Shown one piece after another: positions 1 through 9,038 of a stretch of 64,000 nucleotides of DNA. Source of the DNA: Pseudobdellovibrionaceae bacterium (GTDB lineage: Bacteria > Bdellovibrionota > Bdellovibrionia > Bdellovibrionales > JAMPXM01); contig CANHQR010000007.1 of assembly GCA_947462815.1 (NCBI GenBank), forward strand, positions 8,769 to 72,768, in the 5' to 3' direction. The position numbers were made by a program, and so were the translations under genes. The notes under the pieces are model-generated. The model was not told the origin of the DNA. It searched no databases and saw only the letters and a list, made by a program, of their open reading frames with translations. The first letter of the stretch is position 1. Each line of letters starts with the position of its first letter.

Positions 1-231
1 TTAAGCAGTAGCCAGATTCGGCAACTTCCTACCGGTCTCCATACCCCGCAGCGCTAGAAATCGCACACGCGCGTGTTGGGTGACGTCAGCGCAACTGCGC
101 GAACGCAATATTCAGCGCGAAGAACAGTAAAACGGAATAGAGCAGCCAGGCGACGGTGCGGTTGGTGAGCATGATGGGGTGATCTCCGGAGTGAGCGACG
201 GCGCGATTGAACTCCAAATGACCCGCTTCGG

Positions 232-1617
232 TCAATGAATCTGGATAATCTCACCCACCAAGTCATAGTCATGGCTCTCGCTGATGCGCACGCGAACGAT
301 CTCGCCGACCTTCGCTTCGCCATCATTAATCAGCACCACACCATCAATGTCCGGAGCTTGTTGAGACATTCGACCCTGCAGAAGCAGATCTGTCTCTTCA
401 CTCAAGCCCTCCACCAACACGTCGACTTCGCGGCCAATGAAAGCGGCATGCTTGTCGCGTGAAATATCGGCCTGCAGAGCCATCAGCTCATCGTGCCGAC
501 GCTGCTTGGTCTCTTCGTCGACGGTCTGCTGCATCTTGCCGCCGGCTGTGCCCTCCTCGGGCGAGTAAATAAAGCAGCCGACGCGATCGAAGCGTTGGGT
601 GCGGACAAAGTCCAAGAGTTCCTGGAAGTCCTCTTCGGTCTCACCGGGGAAACCCACAATGAACTGCGTGCGGATCACGGCCTGCGGGATCTCAGCGCGG
701 ATCTTGGCCAAGCGCTCTTCAATCTCCTCTCGGGTCATCTTACGATTCATGACCTTGAGGACGCGATTGGAGATGTGCTGCAGCGGCATATCGAAGTACT
801 TCACCAGCCGCGGCTTGGTCTTAATGAGCTCAATCATGCGATCGGTGATGCCGTCTGGATAAAGATACAGCATCCGCACCCAATCCAAGCCCTCGACATC
901 CGCCAGGGCTTCGAGCAAAGCCTCGGGCGATTCCGTTGCCGAGGTGTCGGCACGACGCAAATCCCAGCCGTAGTCGGTGAAGTCATGCGAGATGATATTG
1001 ATCTCGCGAACGCCGCCTGCGGCCAAGAGCTTGGCCTCAGACACCACAGAGCTCAGGCGACGCGACTGCAGGTTGCCGCGGATCTTGGGGATCGCGCAAA
1101 ACGCACAGCGCTTCAGGCAACCTTCGGAGATTTTGAGGTAAGCCGTATAGCCGGGCCGCGAGTTCACCCGTGGCGCATCGTCCTCTTGCAGATAAGTCGG
1201 CAAATTGAAAAAGCGCTTCTCCGTGGAGCCCGCTTCGCGGGCTTTCAAAATCTTCGCGATGTTCTGAAACTCACCGGATCCCACAAACAAGTCGGCTTCC
1301 GGCAGTCCTTCGACCAAATCATCTTTGTAGCGCTGGGTGAGACAGCCTGCGACGACGAGGTTCTTCACTCCAGCTTGGCGCTTGATCTCGGACATCTCCA
1401 AGATCTTGTCGATGGACTCCTTCTTGGCGTCTTCGATGAAGCCGCAGGTGTTGACGACGATGGTCTCAGCCTCTTCGGGAGAGTCCGTCACCTGATAACC
1501 TTCGCGCAGCAAGTGACCCAGCATGATTTCACTATCGACTAAATTCTTGGGGCAACCCAGCGAGACGAAGTGAACTTTTTTAAGCGGCTTCGCGGCCGTC
1601 GGCGTCACGTCGGACAT
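232..1617 (-). CDS. rimO: Ribosomal protein S12 methylthiotransferase RimO (radical-SAM, MiaB family)
   Basis: 461-aa ORF. N-terminal UPF0004 domain (VHFVSLGCPKNLVDSE), radical-SAM CxxxCxxC (CLKRCAFC) and a C-terminal TRAM-like domain. The ATG overlaps the yajQ stop (TAATG). Confidence 0.9.
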   Translation of the reverse strand: MSDVTPTAAKPLKKVHFVSLGCPKNLVDSEIMLGHLLREGYQVTDSPEEAETIVVNTCGFIEDAKKESIDKILEMSEIKRQAGVKNLVVAGCLTQRYKDDLVEGLPEADLFVGSGEFQNIAKILKAREAGSTEKRFFNLPTYLQEDDAPRVNSRPGYTAYLKISEGCLKRCAFCAIPKIRGNLQSRRLSSVVSEAKLLAAGGVREINIISHDFTDYGWDLRRADTSATESPEALLEALADVEGLDWVRMLYLYPDGITDRMIELIKTKPRLVKYFDMPLQHISNRVLKVMNRKMTREEIEERLAKIRAEIPQAVIRTQFIVGFPGETEEDFQELLDFVRTQRFDRVGCFIYSPEEGTAGGKMQQTVDEETKQRRHDELMALQADISRDKHAAFIGREVDVLVEGLSEETDLLLQGRMSQQAPDIDGVVLINDGEAKVGEIVRVRISESHDYDLVGEIIQIH

Positions 1618-2102
1618 TAGGACCTCATGTTGGTGAACTGCAGAGGCAGTTGAAAGCGCTGACCGCGAACGTGATTCATCGTCGCCTGAAGCTCGTCGAT
1701 GCTCTTCGAAGTCACGCGAATCAGTTCGTCCATAATCTGCGCTTGCACTTTGAGTTTGGAGTCTTTGATCGATTTGACGATCTCTTTGGCTTTTTCTTTT
1801 TCGATACCCTGAACGATCGTGCCAGATTGCTTCAGCATCATGCCGCCGATGGGCTCGACCTTTTCAAACTTTAAGCTGGAGATCTCAACGCCCCGCTTGT
1901 GAAGTTTCGACTGTAGAATGTCGCGAACGGCGTTGATTTTCATTTCATCATTGGCCTTGAGCACAATCAGTTTTTTGTCCCACTGAATCTCGCAGTTGCC
2001 ATCCTTCAAGTCGTAACGATGCTGCACCTCTTTACGTGCGGTGTTCACAGCGTTGTCCACTTCTTGGAGATTGACCTCGGACACAATATCAAACGAAGGC
2101 AT
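1617..2102 (-). CDS. yajQ: YajQ/UPF0234 family nucleotide (c-di-GMP)-binding protein
   Basis: 161 aa. The N-terminus MPSFDIVSEVNLQEVDNAVN and the overall length are typical of the YajQ family. Confidence 0.85.
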   Translation of the reverse strand: MPSFDIVSEVNLQEVDNAVNTARKEVQHRYDLKDGNCEIQWDKKLIVLKANDEMKINAVRDILQSKLHKRGVEISSLKFEKVEPIGGMMLKQSGTIVQGIEKEKAKEIVKSIKDSKLKVQAQIMDELIRVTSKSIDELQATMNHVRGQRFQLPLQFTNMRS

Positions 2103-2166
2103 GTCTTCCTCTTTAAACGATCTCTAGGACCCTGATTCTCTGATTCAGCCGCCCACGCTCAGCCTG

Positions 2167-2940
2167 TTAACGTTCGCCCACGCTCAACACATCCGCGTTC
2201 TTCGGGATGTTGTACTGAAACACGCTCGCTTTGGGCTCGACCTTCAGAACCTTCACATCCGAAAGCTCGTAGGTCGTCTCATTATCCTGAGCATCCCAAA
2301 GCTGCAGCTCCGCCAAGGCCCACTGCGCACCTTCGGGGACCACGCGAATCATCGCTCGGCGCGCATCCAACCAGTCCGCTTTGGGTTGCAGATAATAGCG
2401 GACTCCCTGAGTTTCAGCGAGCAAAACCCCTGTGACCGCGAAGCTTCGGAGAAAACCTTCAGCTCCAAAAATTTCAAGAAGCACGGGACGACTCGCTCCA
2501 CCTTTGGCCCCTTTGCCCCCTTTGGCCTTCGAGGCCAAAGCCCCTGTTACCACTTGGAGAGCGGCGTCCTTCTTACCCGGGTCCGTAACCGACCAATAGG
2601 TTTTGGGGCCGACGATGAGCAAGAGCGTTTCGCCTTTCGACGACTTGAGTTCCATACGAATGCGGCCCTTGGAGAGGGTGAGTTGGCCCTCCGCCACCCG
2701 CGTTTGACCGAGGAGACCCAGTTTCGTACGTCGAAGAACTTTAGCTTGGATTTGCCCGGCCTGCGCATAGCGGGCACTCAGGGAAGAGAGGGTCTTAAGC
2801 TCCGCATCGGTGGGATTGCGAGGCGCGCTGGTTGAGGCCGCTGCCCCGCTGTCCATAAAAATGGCTATAAAAACCGCCCCGATCGCCCTTCCGCACATCG
2901 CCCCAACTCCAGCTCGAAACCACTTAGTTTTCATAGGCAT
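2167..2940 (-). CDS. Secreted LolA-like (outer-membrane lipoprotein carrier-like) protein
   Basis: 257 aa with an N-terminal hydrophobic signal (GAVFIAIFMDSGAAA). Pattern Q-x-K-V...G-x-L-x-L-x-KGRIRME...LLIVGPKTYW resembles the LolA fold signature. The call rests on a recalled pattern only. Confidence 0.45.
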   Translation of the reverse strand: MPMKTKWFRAGVGAMCGRAIGAVFIAIFMDSGAAASTSAPRNPTDAELKTLSSLSARYAQAGQIQAKVLRRTKLGLLGQTRVAEGQLTLSKGRIRMELKSSKGETLLLIVGPKTYWSVTDPGKKDAALQVVTGALASKAKGGKGAKGGASRPVLLEIFGAEGFLRSFAVTGVLLAETQGVRYYLQPKADWLDARRAMIRVVPEGAQWALAELQLWDAQDNETTYELSDVKVLKVEPKASVFQYNIPKNADVLSVGER

Positions 2941-2943
2941 GGG

Positions 2944-3663
2944 TTACCCGCTTCCCTCCCCGCTGTCGAGTCGATCGCGCCCGAAGATCGACCAAGCTTG
3001 AAATCCGGGTGGCTCGCCCAGGGCCCGCCACGCAGCCTCCGCCGTCGCCCCTGAGGTCAAGACATCGTCAACAAACACGACCGGCTTCGCCCTCGCCCGA
3101 AGCGCCTCCCGCGCCGCGGCCTCAGTCACGAACTCCAACTCATGCCGCGACCGTCGACTGGCGAGTTTTTGTCCCCAAGATCGGCGCGCCTGTAGCCGGC
3201 GAAGCTCAGGCCCCAAGGGCAAGGCCAGACATCGCGCCACCTCGGCCGCCAAGGCTCCCGCGTGATCCAGTTCCCGCCGGCCGGAGCGTCCAGGAGGATG
3301 CACAATGTGGAATTCGGCGCGACCCCATTCGGCGGCCAGGGCCAAACTCAACTCGTTCGCCCAGATCCGGAGTGAACTCCGACGTGGCCGTTCTTTCATC
3401 GAGAGCACCAGGCGTTGAACGGATTTTTCATTGGACTCTTCCCATCTTAGCAAACTGCGTTGGGGAAAAGGGCGCGCACGCACGAGCCACGGCCCGTCGC
3501 GCTTCCAGCCCGCCCAGCAAGCCTCACAGATGCCGCTCGAGGCACCGCCACATGACGGGCAAAGGCCCAACACCTGATCCCACACACGATCCGATAGACG
3601 ATCGAAGAAACTTTCCATGTGCGAAGGCCCACGCAAGTTCGCAGAACGGTCGGGGTCGCCCAT
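2944..3663 (-). CDS. comF: ComF-family phosphoribosyltransferase-like protein
   Basis: 239 aa. N-terminal Cys cluster (CPSCGG...CEAC) plus a PRTase motif (VVFVDDVLTSGATAEAA). ATG at 3663; the stop lies 3 nt before the next gene's start. Confidence 0.7.
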   Translation of the reverse strand: MGDPDRSANLRGPSHMESFFDRLSDRVWDQVLGLCPSCGGASSGICEACWAGWKRDGPWLVRARPFPQRSLLRWEESNEKSVQRLVLSMKERPRRSSLRIWANELSLALAAEWGRAEFHIVHPPGRSGRRELDHAGALAAEVARCLALPLGPELRRLQARRSWGQKLASRRSRHELEFVTEAAAREALRARAKPVVFVDDVLTSGATAEAAWRALGEPPGFQAWSIFGRDRLDSGEGSG

Positions 3664-3698
3664 AACGGGGGCTCGTGCCCCTGAACATCCGAGATTCG

Positions 3699-4172
3699 TT
3701 AATCTTCATTATGATAGGGCAGGTTCTTATTGATGCTGACAGCTCGGTAGATTTGCTCCAGCGCCACAGCTTCGGCTACGTGATGATTGAGCACAAAGCT
3801 CGATAGGCTGATGACATCATCCGCTCGTGAGCGAAGGCGCTCGTCAAAACCAAAAGCTCCACCCACTACGAACACGAGACGCGATCTTCCTCGATTCAAC
3901 CAATTCTCGAGGCGCGAGGCCAACTGCAACGAGTTCAACACCCTGCCTCGCTCATCAAACACCACCACCCAGTCGGTGGGCTTCAGTGCCGCGAGAATCT
4001 GTTCGGTTTCGATTTTGCGTTTAGCATCCGCCTGATCGCGGCTCAGGCCCTTGGGTTTGAGCCGCGTCACTTGTGTTGTGTAGTGGCGAGATAGCTTAGT
4101 CACATACTCCGCGACAAAACTTTCAAGCCATGGCGTCTTATCGCCGCCGACAAACACGAACTCGAGCTTCAC
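3699..4172 (-). CDS. rlmH: 23S rRNA (pseudouridine1915-N3)-methyltransferase RlmH (SPOUT)
   Basis: 157 aa. The C-terminal LVFVVGGAFGFDE...ISLS..VLNHHVAEAVALEQIYRA is typical of RlmH. GTG start at 4172 overlaps the upstream stop (GTGA). Confidence 0.85.
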   Translation of the reverse strand: MKLEFVFVGGDKTPWLESFVAEYVTKLSRHYTTQVTRLKPKGLSRDQADAKRKIETEQILAALKPTDWVVVFDERGRVLNSLQLASRLENWLNRGRSRLVFVVGGAFGFDERLRSRADDVISLSSFVLNHHVAEAVALEQIYRAVSINKNLPYHNED

Positions 4173-5263
4173 GCGCGAGTGCCCTTAGCCGCTTCCAACA
4201 CACTGTCTTTGACACCGAGGTCGCGACCTTCGCGCCACAACTCTTCGAGACGATACTCTTGGCGAACGAAGTCATAGAAGATGTGCACAATCATAATGCC
4301 GTAGTCGAGCAGCACCCAACGGCCCTCGCTCACGCCTTCCACACTCTGCGGGAAAACGTTGAACTCGTCCTTCACCGCCTTCTGCACCGCTTCAGCAAGG
4401 GCCACTGTGTGCCGCGTGCTGGTTCCTGATGCAATCAACGCGTACTCGCTGGGCGAAGTGAGCTCGCGCAAATCATAAGCCCGAACCTGCAGACCCTTCT
4501 TCGCAAAGAGCGCTTCGGCGCAGAAGCGCGCGAAGCTGTCGCCATCGCCAATTCGCGGACCAATCGGACCATAGAGGCCTTTGGCCTTGATGTACTCTTC
4601 GACTTCAATGGTCATGTACTTCTCGACCGAGCGCCCCGTGCGCAAGCGCTTGCGCAAGTCGCTCGCCGACACATCGACATCTGGCATGCGCACAAATTCG
4701 AGCGTGCGCCCCGAGCGGAACTGTCCAAAGCCTCGGTCAAAATCGTCGAGGTGTTCGCGCAGGCCTTCGGGAAAATCAACGAGGCTCACCGGCAACACAT
4801 GCCCAGGCCGCGACACCACCACGACATTTGCCAACTCCAAAATTCGATCGATACGATGCCAGCGGTCAAAGTCATCGAACTGATCCATGCCAATGATCAG
4901 ATAGAGATTCTCCGGTGCTACTTCATGCGCAAAGGACTCGAGCGTTGTCGCCGTGTAGGATAAGCCGCCGCGACGGATTTCTCGATCATCGACGACGACA
5001 TGCTCGCCTTCGCCGGCAAACCCGATTCGACACATCTCCAGTCGCTCTTGGTCGGATGGTCCCTCGGTGCGGGGCTTACGCGGATTTTGCGCCGCCGGGA
5101 TGACGTGGATGCGATCGAGATTTAATCGCGAGCGCACGGTGCGCACGCAAGCCAAATGCCCGAGGTGGAGCGGATTGAAAGTCCCACCGAAAACGCCGAT
5201 GCGTGCCGACGACATTTCGTCGCCGAACTCACTCTGCTGATCTGATTCATTCATGTCGGACAT
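4169..5263 (-). CDS. nadD: Fusion protein: nicotinate-nucleotide adenylyltransferase (NadD) N-terminal domain plus ribosome silencing factor RsfS (iojap) C-terminal domain
   Basis: Single uninterrupted 364-aa ORF. Residues ~18-232 carry the nucleotidyltransferase signature (IGVFGGTFNPLHLGHL ... ISASDLRKRL). Residues ~240-350 are RsfS-like (ALFAKKGLQVRAYDLRELTSPSEYALIASGTSTRHTVALAEAV...WVLLDYGIMIVHIF). Confidence 0.85.
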   Translation of the reverse strand: MSDMNESDQQSEFGDEMSSARIGVFGGTFNPLHLGHLACVRTVRSRLNLDRIHVIPAAQNPRKPRTEGPSDQERLEMCRIGFAGEGEHVVVDDREIRRGGLSYTATTLESFAHEVAPENLYLIIGMDQFDDFDRWHRIDRILELANVVVVSRPGHVLPVSLVDFPEGLREHLDDFDRGFGQFRSGRTLEFVRMPDVDVSASDLRKRLRTGRSVEKYMTIEVEEYIKAKGLYGPIGPRIGDGDSFARFCAEALFAKKGLQVRAYDLRELTSPSEYALIASGTSTRHTVALAEAVQKAVKDEFNVFPQSVEGVSEGRWVLLDYGIMIVHIFYDFVRQEYRLEELWREGRDLGVKDSVLEAAKGTRA

Positions 5264-5279
5264 ATGATCCTTCCGAGTT

Positions 5280-6299
5280 TTACTTCTTCACGCGACGGGC
5301 GATTTCCGTGACCAATTCCTTCAAGCCTCGCCGAGCAGCGGCCGAGATCGCCAGCGTGGCGACACCTTGATGGCGAAACGAATCCTGCAAACGAAGCCGA
5401 TCGTCTTCGCTGAGTGTATCGACCTTATTCAACACCACGAGCTGCTCGCGTGTCGCCAAGGGCCGATAGTCGGGCTGATCTGCCTTGCTTTCGTCGTAGG
5501 CCGCGAGTTCGTGGTTGATATCCAAATAATCTTGCCAAGGCTCACGCCCCGAGACCCCGCTCGCATCGATCAGGTGAACGAATAGGTTTGTGCGCTCGAT
5601 GTGCCTCAAAAACTGCGTCCCCAAACCCACTCCTTCATGCGCCCCAGGAACTAGTCCAGGGATGTCGGCGACCACAAAACTCTGATCGTCGTTCGCCTTA
5701 ACGACACCGAGATTTGGCGCCAGCGTCGTGAACGGATAGTCCGCGATCTTGGGCTTTGCGGCTGAGATCGAAGAGATCAGTGTCGACTTACCCGCATTCG
5801 GATATCCAATCACACCGACATCGGCGATGAGTTTCAGCTCGAGCTTCAATTCACGCTCTTCGCCGGCCTCGCCCGGTTGGGCTTTCTCCGGCGCTTGATT
5901 CACACTGGTGCGAAAGAACCAATTACCCTTGCCGCCCCGCCCACCTTCCAAAAATACATGATCGCCAGGCTCAGCGAGGTCGACCAGCACTTCATCCGTT
6001 TCGGCGTCTCGAACCACAGTTCCAGGCGGCACCACGAGAATGAGATCTTGGCCATCGCTGCCGGTCATATTACGACCTTTGCCGGGGTCGCCATTGGCTG
6101 CCGCGTACTTCTTGCGAAAACGGAAATCGATGAGCGTATTGATCTGCGGATTCACGCGAAACACAACGTGCCCGCCACGTCCGCCGTCTCCACCATCAGG
6201 ACCACCTCGAGGCTCCATGGCCTCGCGACGAAAGCTGATGGCACCCGGACCGCCTCGGCCCGAGCTCACCGTAATCTCAACTTCATCGACGAACTTCAC
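5280..6299 (-). CDS. obg: GTPase Obg/CgtA
   Basis: Obg fold (KFVDEVEITVSSGRGGPGAISFRRE...GGPDGGDGGRGG) and a G domain (GYPNAGKST, DIPGL, NKVD). The track ORF starts at a TTG at 6341. I place the start at the GTG at 6299, which is preceded by GGGAG 7 nt upstream and gives the canonical (M)KFVDE N-terminus. Confidence 0.9.
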   Translation of the reverse strand: MKFVDEVEITVSSGRGGPGAISFRREAMEPRGGPDGGDGGRGGHVVFRVNPQINTLIDFRFRKKYAAANGDPGKGRNMTGSDGQDLILVVPPGTVVRDAETDEVLVDLAEPGDHVFLEGGRGGKGNWFFRTSVNQAPEKAQPGEAGEERELKLELKLIADVGVIGYPNAGKSTLISSISAAKPKIADYPFTTLAPNLGVVKANDDQSFVVADIPGLVPGAHEGVGLGTQFLRHIERTNLFVHLIDASGVSGREPWQDYLDINHELAAYDESKADQPDYRPLATREQLVVLNKVDTLSEDDRLRLQDSFRHQGVATLAISAAARRGLKELVTEIARRVKK

Positions 6300-6400
6300 A
6301 ACGAACTCCCATGGCGAGCGCGCTCCTGCGCGCCAAAACAAATGGGCTGGTCTTGGACCAGCCCAAAGTTGGAAACAATCTTTACGATCGAACCCGACCC

Positions 6401-6667
6401 TTAGGCGGTCTGCGCCTGAGGATACACGCTGATCTTCGTGCGCAATTTGTCGATGCGCTCGAACTTAACTTGGCCATCGATGACCGAGTAGATCGTGAAG
6501 TCGCGGCCCATGCGAACGTTGCGACCGAGATGAAATTTCGTTCCACGTTGGCGAACGATGATGGTGCCGGCCTTTACAGCCTCGCCACCAAAGCGCTTCA
6601 CGCCGAGACGGCGTCCCATTGAATCGCGACCGTTGCGTGTACTACCTGCTGCCTTCTTACTTGCCAT
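6401..6667 (-). CDS. rpmA: 50S ribosomal protein L27
   Basis: 88 aa; [41 protein letters not shown] is the canonical L27 sequence. Confidence 0.95.
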   Translation of the reverse strand: MASKKAAGSTRNGRDSMGRRLGVKRFGGEAVKAGTIIVRQRGTKFHLGRNVRMGRDFTIYSVIDGQVKFERIDKLRTKISVYPQAQTA

Positions 6668-6732
6668 GACTTAACTCCAGGCTACGTCCAGAACTTTTCC
6701 AGATCCTCAAGTGCGACCAGATAAAGCTTCGT

Positions 6733-7290
6733 TTACTTCTTGCTCGACTTCTTCTTGGCGACCTTTTTCTTGGCGCCAGCCGAAGCCTTCTTCTTTTTTG
6801 CGGCGGCGGGCTTCGCCGTCGTCTTCTTCGCGGCTTTTTTTGCGGCCGCTTTCACTTTCAATTCTTTCTTAGCCGTCTTGCCGCCGGCTTTCACCTTGGC
6901 TTGGATCGCCTCGATGCGAGCGGCTTTCTTTGCCGGATCGACGACCACAGGTTTCGCCGATGCCTTTTCCGTCTCGCCGTTCGGCGAAGTGATCGCCTGG
7001 ACGAACAAGTCGGTGAAGCTTTGACGATGACCTTGTGTGCGGCGATATCCGTGACGACGCTTCTTCTTGAAGACCAGCACCTTGGCAGATTTGTCGTGCT
7101 GAACGACAGTCACCGTCACTTTAGCGCCGGCCACAACCGGAGTGCCGAACACCGACTTCTCACCGCCAACGGCGAGCACGTCGGTGAGATCGAAGGTCTC
7201 GCCGATGTTTTTTTCCAATTTCTCAACTCGAACGGTCTGACCAGCTTGCACACGGTATTGTTTACCGCCGGTCCGAATGATGGCGTACAT
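6733..7290 (-). CDS. rplU: 50S ribosomal protein L21 with a long Lys/Ala-rich C-terminal extension
   Basis: Canonical L21 core begins MYAIIRTGGKQYRV. ATG at 7290 is preceded by GGAGG; the track ORF starts 15 codons upstream. About 85-95 C-terminal residues are KA-rich (…AKKAAKKTTAKPAAAKKKKASAGAKKKVAKKKSSKK). Confidence 0.9.
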   Translation of the reverse strand: MYAIIRTGGKQYRVQAGQTVRVEKLEKNIGETFDLTDVLAVGGEKSVFGTPVVAGAKVTVTVVQHDKSAKVLVFKKKRRHGYRRTQGHRQSFTDLFVQAITSPNGETEKASAKPVVVDPAKKAARIEAIQAKVKAGGKTAKKELKVKAAAKKAAKKTTAKPAAAKKKKASAGAKKKVAKKKSSKK

Positions 7291-7405
7291 GAAACCTCCA
7301 AACAGCGCGAAGCACTCGGTGATGCCACTGTTCACAATCGATTGTCAATGAAATCAGCAGCTTGCCCCGAGGTTCGGCGCGCCCTCTCGGGCCCTCTGCC
7401 GAAGC

Positions 7406-8956
7406 TCAATTATCCTGTTTTTTCATGGATTTAGGCGCGCGGCTCCCGCTCGGGATGATCTCGTACTGCTCGCGATGAAAACTGGGCTCGAGCTTAAAGA
7501 CCACTCCGGCACCGAGGCGCCGCTCGACATCTTCGAGGGCTTCGGTCTCGTCCGCGTAGATCGAATCGGCGATCTCGCTGTGGCAGTGGACGACCAAAAC
7601 TTGGCCCTCCTGGAGGGCCAGTGCCTCGCGCTCAAGATCCCGGAAGATCTCGCGAGCAATCGTGCCTTTGGTCTTCACGTAGCCGCGGCCATCACAGTAG
7701 TTGCAAGGCTCGCATAAGGTTTTGACGAGACTTGGACGAATACGTTTGCGCGTCATCTCGACGAGGCCGAGGTTCGACATCGAGACAACGGTGGTGCGCG
7801 CGCGATCGCGCGTGAGCTCCTCGCGCAAAGCCTCAAGGACCTTCTCGCGATGTGCGTCCTTTTCCATGTCGATAAAGTCGATAATGATAATGCCGCCGCA
7901 ATTGCGAATTCGCAGTTGGTGCGCGATTTCGCGGACCGCCTCGAGGTTGGTCTTCAGGATCGTGTCTTCGAGATCGCGCTTACCGACATAACGACCGGTG
8001 TTGACGTCGATGACCACTAAAGCTTCGGCCTCGTCGATCACGATGTAACCGCCAGACTTCAGCCAAATCTTGCGCTCCAGCGAGCGCGAAATTTCCAGAT
8101 CGATTTCATACTGATCAAAGAGGGGCCGGGCGTCTCGATAGAGCGACACTTTGTTGCGAAACTTAGGCATGAATTGACCGAGGAAGGCGAGAATCTTTTT
8201 GTAGGTTTCCTCGTCGTCGATCACCACGCGATCGACGTCTTCATTGAGCAGGTCGCGCAGCGCGCGCAATTCGACGTCGGGCTCGGCATGGACAAGGCCG
8301 GGCTTTTTTTGCTTTTCATAGGCCTTCTGAACATCGCTCCACAAACGCTGCAGATACTCGAGATCCGAGCGCAGGCTCGCCTCGCTGGCGCCTTCACCGG
8401 CCGTGCGGACGATGACCCCGCCCGCAGGGTTGATGCTTTGCACGAGTTCACGCAAACGATCGCGTTCAGTTTCGTCAGCAATACGGCGCGAGACTCCCCG
8501 ATGATTGAGCGTGGGGAGGTAAACGGCGTGGCGGCCCGGCAGGGAGATGTGCGTGGTGATTCGTGCGCCTTTTGTTCCGAGCGGATCTTTGGCGACTTGG
8601 ACGAGAATCCACTGACCTTCATTGAGCAGCTCTTGAATGCGCGGCTTGTTGTCGGTGTCACTATCCTTGTCGTTAAGGGAATCGCCGTCTTCGTCGGATT
8701 CCGTCTCATCGAGATCCGCCACATCGAGATCGGGACGGACATCCCCCACGTAGAGAAAGGCCGCGCGATCCAAACCGATGTCGACGAAGGCGGCCTGCAT
8801 GCCCGGCAGGACGCGCATGACTTTGCCGCGATAGACACTCCCGACTAAAGTCGGGGAAGTGCGACGTTCGATTTTGAGATCGTTGAGGTCGCCATTTTGA
8901 ATGTACGCGACTCTGGTCTCGCTCGGCCGCACATTTATGAGAATTTCCGTCGGCAT
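7406..8956 (-). CDS. rng: Ribonuclease G (RNase E/G family)
   Basis: 516 aa. S1 domain (GSVYRGKVMRVLPGMQAAFVDIG) and a DNase I-like/Zn-link region (CEPCNYCDGRGYV). The length fits RNase G rather than RNase E. Confidence 0.85.
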   Translation of the reverse strand: MPTEILINVRPSETRVAYIQNGDLNDLKIERRTSPTLVGSVYRGKVMRVLPGMQAAFVDIGLDRAAFLYVGDVRPDLDVADLDETESDEDGDSLNDKDSDTDNKPRIQELLNEGQWILVQVAKDPLGTKGARITTHISLPGRHAVYLPTLNHRGVSRRIADETERDRLRELVQSINPAGGVIVRTAGEGASEASLRSDLEYLQRLWSDVQKAYEKQKKPGLVHAEPDVELRALRDLLNEDVDRVVIDDEETYKKILAFLGQFMPKFRNKVSLYRDARPLFDQYEIDLEISRSLERKIWLKSGGYIVIDEAEALVVIDVNTGRYVGKRDLEDTILKTNLEAVREIAHQLRIRNCGGIIIIDFIDMEKDAHREKVLEALREELTRDRARTTVVSMSNLGLVEMTRKRIRPSLVKTLCEPCNYCDGRGYVKTKGTIAREIFRDLEREALALQEGQVLVVHCHSEIADSIYADETEALEDVERRLGAGVVFKLEPSFHREQYEIIPSGSRAPKSMKKQDN

Positions 8957-9038
8957 TTCCTAAAACCCTTCACGCCAATGTCCGAAACGTCAGTATCTGC
9001 AACGATTTCATCGTTTGCGGAACAGGCGAGGCTGAATC

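Noticed and set aside
54-326. 90-aa Arg-rich ORF overlapping the 3' end of rimO.
   Set aside because: The composition is extremely Arg/Ala/Ser-rich, it overlaps rimO, and there is no SD. It is most likely a shadow ORF.
493-1542. Long antisense or alternative-frame ORFs inside well-supported genes. Examples: 493..1542(+), 3009..3665(+), 8174..8848(+), 8221..8838(-), 9726..10412(-), 12403..13302(-), 16390..17016(-), 17652..18404(-), 19108..19989(-), 34923..35486(-), 37833..38582(-), 41337..41981(+), 50763..51425(-), 52571..53395(-).
   Set aside because: Each lies entirely within a gene whose product has clear family motifs on the other strand or frame. Their translations are Arg/Ala/Gly/Pro-biased, with no recognisable motifs, which is typical of shadow ORFs in GC-rich DNA.
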